DNA of 64,000 nt from the NCBI RefSeq assembly GCF_009914755.1, contig NC_060947.1, one strand, 5' to 3'. The translations under genes and the position numbers were made by a program. Source of the DNA: the human T2T-CHM13v2.0 reference genome, Homo sapiens. Shown in pieces: positions 23,524-64,000 of the stretch. Below the pieces are notes generated by a model. It was not told where the DNA came from. It searched no databases and saw only the letters and a program-made list of their open reading frames with translations. Position 1 is the first letter of the stretch; every line of letters starts with the position of its first letter.

Positions 23524-26278
23524 TTGACCTTCAAGGTTCAACCTAAGTCCCACCTTCTCCCTGACCACCTCTGCCTGTCCTGATCTACAATGGGATAGAT
23601 CAAGATCAAGACTCCAGAGATGACATAGAAAGGAAACCTAGGTTCCATTTCTGGCTCCAACACTTCCTAGCAGTCGGACCTTAGGAAGTTAATTCCCCTC
23701 TGAGGACCTCAGAAGGGGTTTGGGCAGTCTTCCCTTACAAGTCTGACATTCTGGGTATCTCACTATAAGTTATTGTATAAGAGATGTGACTCTTACCTGG
23801 GAAAGCCCTCAAAAACATCTCTTGAGGTAGGAAAGAGGGAGTCAGAGTCCTGGCTTGGAAGAGCCTTACTGCACACTGGAGGTGCTTAGCCAAGATTTAT
23901 TGAACTGGATGAATGAATCAATGGCTTGTGGAGGGGTGGGGAGTGGGGGGGCAGTGAGAGACCACACAGCACACAGAATGTCTAACTAACTTGAGGAATT
24001 CCAGTTGCTGAGGAGGATGTAAGCAGATTGTTTCAGAGATGGATAAGGAAAGAGATGACTGGGACAGGGTAGGAATCATGGCTATTCATGGGTACTCATT
24101 CTATCCTCTCAGTCACCCTCCACATCCAATAATCAGTCATTAAGTTATCATCTTACCTTAACAGTTCACACCTTAACACCTCCAATCTATTCCTACTGGC
24201 CTTTGCCCTAGTGCAGGCCTCCTGGTCTTTTTCCAGTCTCCTAGCTAATCTTGTCATCTCCATTCGCTCTCTCACAAATGGATTCACTCATGCATTCATT
24301 CATTCAAAAACTTTACTGGGTGCCTGTTTTGTGTCAGGCACTGTGCTTTTTTGCAGGGGCTATACTGGTAAGCAAAATATCCCCAGGCCCACCCTTGTGG
24401 TGCCTAAAGCTTATTCAGAGACAAAATAAGCAAATATAGTAGTGTAAGAAGCTGATTAACAGGGAAGCTACAGGCACGGGCACATACAGCATGAACATCT
24501 AACCTAATCTGTTTTCCATGCTGGTTGGCTAGCCAGCCAGAAACAGGTTAAGTTCACATCTGATCTGGAGTCCCCCTATTAAAAACCATTTCATGGCTCC
24601 CTCACTGCCTTCAAGCTATGGTTTCCAAATCTGGCTGTACCCTAGTCATGTGGTAACCTTTATAAGCATTCAAGATTCCAAATCTTCACCCCAGACTTAA
24701 TGAATGTTTTAGGGGCCGGGGCCCAGAATGCCGTACCTGTTTGTGGTATACAGCCAGTTTGGGAACCACACTGTCCTACAAAACAAATCTGAATTCTGTA
24801 GCCATGCATTTACGACCCTCTTCCAATCTGGTTCCTCTCTACCTTTTCTTGCTGCTTTCCCCCCACCCCAGGAATCTTCATGCTTCAGTATTTGTTTTGC
24901 TGTTTCTTGCCTTCATGTCTTCATGCATACTGTTTCCAATATCTGGAAATTCCTTCTACTTCCTCAACTGGCTAATTCCTACCCGTCCCTCAAGACTCAG
25001 TTCAGGTATCACCACCTAGACTACAGGATGCCTTCTCTGAATCTTCACATAAGCTAGATGTTTTTCCTGTGCTCCTGTCAGTGTTGATCACACTGTATGG
25101 TTAATGGCTGTTTTACAAATGGTTTCCCCAACTAAACAGTGAGCTCCTCAAAGGCAGGATAAAGATTTGACTCATCTTTGTGTTCCTGGTGCACAACACT
25201 GTGATTTCCAGAGGGAAGTGCCCAGTTAAACTTAAGATACTGTTGTGGAGTACTCTTCAACTCCCTACAGCAAGGCTACTGCGTCCACAGTATAAGGGAG
25301 TCAAACTAGTTCCTCCAACAAGCCCTAGGGAATCTACTCGGATCCAGCTTGCTCTTGGAAACACTGTGGTGCCCAGCCTCCCGTGAGCATAGCCTTGACA
25401 ACGGTTGCCCTGTGATGCCAGGAGGTGGTGGGGCACGACAGGAGAGAGCAGGGGGCAAGCACTAAATAGATCCGAGTGGAAGTCTAGGCTCTGCCACTAA
25501 ACCAGTGGAATCTTGGACAAGTCACCTCACCTCCTGGATCCTCAGGACTTAAGTCCCCAAAGCTCCTTTGTAGCACATGTGTTCCTGTGTGCCAGGGCCT
25601 TAGCCTAAGGCATCTCATGTAATCCTTTTTATCCTGTGAGGTAGGGGTTAGTTATCTGGGTTATTATCCATGCTGGCTGAATCAGATTTCCAGAGGTGGG
25701 ACCAGAGCAATTTATTTTTAAAGAGCTCCACATCCTTTGGATGTGGGGGTGCAAGCAGGGAACTGCTGCTTCTCATTATAAGCCCTTCTGTACTATTTTA
25801 TTTTTTTACCTGTGTATATATTGCTTTACTTTTTAAAAAGGAAAAAGAAAAAGCTTTACAAACGATTCTGATGCGCAGCCAAGGTTGATAACCACCTGTA
25901 CAGTGGAGAAAGCACTTGAATGACTTGGAAGACCTGGGTTCAAACCTTTTTGGGCCTCAGTTTCCTTATCTGTAAAGTGGGGAGAACAGCAAAGGTGACC
26001 TTTAAAGGGCTGTGAATGATCTAGATGCCAGCCAAATTGCTTCATATATATTTAATTTTCTCTTTGCTTCACTACTGCAAGGTAGGTGTTTATTATCTCC
26101 TTTTACAGATGTGGAAACTTAGGCTCAGAGGTGAAGTAACTTGCACAAGTTTCTACAGCTAGAATTTGAACCAGGTCTGACCCCCGAATTGTGCTCGTCC
26201 ATAAAGGCCAGCATTTGCCAAATTATGGCACACAGTACCACCAGTGGTACGTGACTTCTTTGGTTGAAAACAGACAAA

Positions 26279-26284
26279 TTTATT
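26279..26284 (-). terminator. Intermediate poly(A) signal AATAAA
   Basis: Plus-strand tttatt in an A/U-rich block with upstream UGUA and downstream tactgtgtg. Confidence 0.6.
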
Positions 26285-27454
26285 TTGTTTTGATAGTTAT
26301 GTCTTTTAATATGTATTAGAAGAATACATAATTAGCACACATCAAACCTGTGATTTCACAGATATCACTACTTGGGATGAAAATGATATAGGATAACAAT
26401 GTTAGACCTCAGATCAACCTCAAGAAAAATACTGAGTAAATAGTACAGGAGGGCAATTTGGAAGTATTATTAAAAACCAATATATAAATATCCTATGACT
26501 TTGCAATTCCACTTCTAGGAATCAACCCTAGGTAAACTTTCATACATATACTTTCACACAGGCATAGTGATGCTCCTGTGTAGTATTTTGTAATAGCAAA
26601 ACCTAAAAACAGTCTTAATGTCCATCACAAAAGAAATGCGTAAGTAAAATGTGGTAATCATATGATGACAATCTATACAGCAATTACAGAAGATGGATTG
26701 AGCTACATTAAGTAACATGCACAGATCTCAAAAACATCGTTAAGCAAAGAAAACAAATTGCTAAACAATTCAATATATCATTTGCATTAAACACACAATA
26801 TTTCCAATGAGTTCACATATGTACGTACAAGCATTAAAACAAAGTCTAAACGGAAGTACAACAAACAACAGCCACTAAGAAGGGAAGGATCAAGGAGTGG
26901 TTGGTAGCTGAATGAGACTATCTTTAACAATCTAACTTCTCAAAAGGAGAATGAATTCATGCATATTTGGGTAATTAGAATGGACTTAACTTTTAAAAAG
27001 CAATATACAGATTGGAATTAAAGTGTGATGGTGTATGTGAATGAGTAAAGGCTGAGCTCATCGCACCCGGCTTTGCTGCCTCTGCATGATCCTTATAGCT
27101 AATGAGGTTAGTTCCTAAAATGAACCTCACAGGTGTTAGGCTGGGATGTGGCCCAGGATACCTCTCCCCTATTTCCTCACAACCCAGATTGGGGCTCAGG
27201 CACCCGGTTACCAGACATGATTGAAGCTACAGGTTTCCTCAGGCCCTCCGCTTACCAGGTAGACCCCATCAGTGCCCTGAAACTTTCCCAGTCAGCAGGG
27301 CATTCAGCACCTTCCAGATTTGGAGGCTTCTTCTGTCCCTAATAGCTGGGATCAGAAGCTCTCAGGGGTCCAGGCATGAGGGTTATATTCTGAGGGGTCG
27401 GCACCTAGTGGGCTCCACGAAGGGATAAGGCCTCCAGTGAGGAGCTTGACATCA

Positions 27455-27620
27455 TTAAATCCTATGAGGTAGGTAATATTGTTAGCCCCATTTTACAGAT
27501 GAGGAAACTGAGGCACAGAAGGTCAAATGACTTGCCCAAGGTCAAACAACTAGTAAGTGATAAAAAGTGGGACCAGAACCCATAACTGTCTGTCCCCAGA
27601 GCTCATGCTCCACTCCTAGT
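27455..27620 (-). mobile_element. MIR in the SMC1A 3' UTR (other MIR pieces at ~25570-25660, ~25890-26020, ~26040-26190)
   Basis: cctatgaggtagg...ccccattttacagatgaggaaactgaggcacaga...gacttgcccaaggtca. Confidence 0.88.
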
Positions 27621-28024
27621 GCCTGACCAAATCCTACCAATTTGTCAAGGTCTAGCTTAAATGTGACCTCCAGGAAGCCTAGAGGGGATCACCCACTTCT
27701 CAAATTCAAAGTACATATGACATTCAGCTAACTATAGTCATTCATGAACCCACTGTATCTCCTTACTAGGAGGGTAGAGATCATGTCTGATTCAACTCTG
27801 TATTCCAAGCACAGAGCCTGACAAATAGAGGGTGTTCGGTATGTGTCTGATGAATACATAAATGAATGAATACACAAATGAGTGAATGAAGGCAGTTTCA
27901 GGTAACTGCCTAAGACTCCTATGAGGTCCTGAGTACCTTTGCCCAGCTCAGGGGTGCTGTCATCCTAAGCTCTCTTGGAATCAAATTCAGCCTAGGCTCC
28001 TTCTAAAACAGGTCTCCAATATCC

Positions 28025-28030
28025 TTTATT
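28025..28030 (-). terminator. Proximal poly(A) signal AATAAA
   Basis: Plus-strand tttatt ~380 nt after the stop, preceded on the transcript by a UGUA-rich (tgtatgtgtgtatgtatg) tract. Confidence 0.7.
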
Positions 28031-28409
28031 ATTTTGCAAACATACTCACATGCACACATGCGGATACATACATACACACATACATACCCACACACACAGT
28101 GGGCAAGAGGCCCAAGGGGCCCACGATTATGGGTGATGAGGGGGAGGAAGGGGGTGTGTGTGATGAACAGATGGCCCTGTTCAGCTCAGCACCTCCTTTC
28201 AGAGGCCAGAATACTCCCTGTCGTTCAGGAATTTTTGCTCCAGACCTAACATCACCTCTGTTCCTCTTCATGCTTGATTAGCAGTGCCTAAATCCCATGA
28301 CTACACCAAAAAGGGCCAGGAGGTAGGGGGAAGGTTGGGAGTCAAATATCCAGAGATTGGGAGAGGGACAGCTTAGGGATCCAGACAGGGCGGGAGGGCA
28401 AAAATACTG

Positions 28410-63544
<35,135 letters not shown>

Positions 63545-63739
63545 TCAGGATGAAGAGGAGAGGAAAAGGAATAAAGATATTGAGATGAACAAAAATGTCC
63601 CCTAATCACTCAGTACTCAGACTAATGGGAAGAGAGACTACTCCTCTGTCCCCATAAAGACTGAGCACAACCAAACCTCTGGGTCAAAGGCTTAGGAAAA
63701 ACAGTCCTTTTGCAGTTACTATATAGCAGCCAGAAGCTA

Positions 63740-64000
<261 letters not shown>

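Larger units (their letters stand above)
22450..28409 (-). other. SMC1A: SMC1A long 3' UTR (~6 kb; distal end approximate)
   Basis: Runs from the stop codon to an AATAAA at 22474-22469 followed by a GU-rich tract; consistent with my recollection of a ~9.7-kb SMC1A mRNA. Confidence 0.8.

Noticed and set aside
23896-26094. Extra minus-strand AATAAA at 23896-23901 and 26089-26094
   Set aside because: They lie in repeat remnants without clear GU-rich downstream elements, so use is unsupported.

Overview
Primate (almost certainly human, Xp11.22) genomic DNA. The right two-thirds holds the cohesin ATPase gene SMC1A on the minus strand. I traced coding exons 2-25 base by base (63510 down to the TAG at 28410). 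All introns are GT-AG, the frame is intact over 3593 nt, and exon 1 lies outside the window. A ~6-kb Alu-free 3' UTR follows, with several candidate poly(A) sites, and intron 10 is the mirtron MIR6857. The left ~22 kb is intergenic and mostly repeats (Alu, L1M, HAL1, MaLR LTRs, L2, MIR). Most ORFs in the supplied track are Alu artefacts or read-through/antisense frames of SMC1A exons. I see no convincing new gene or system. The best leads are: an orphan RFX X-box + CRE + KLF/SP element at ~4.6 kb with a second X-box at 6.6 kb; an old MT-ND4 NUMT with templated junction filler in intron 19; a perfect AG|GTAAGT recursive-splice motif at the start of the in-frame Walker-A exon 2; let-7 8mer sites gated by alternative polyadenylation, with the distal site apparently supplied by an LTR; and several rearrangement scars. 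Repeat family names come from visual recognition, not RepeatMasker, so their boundaries are approximate.
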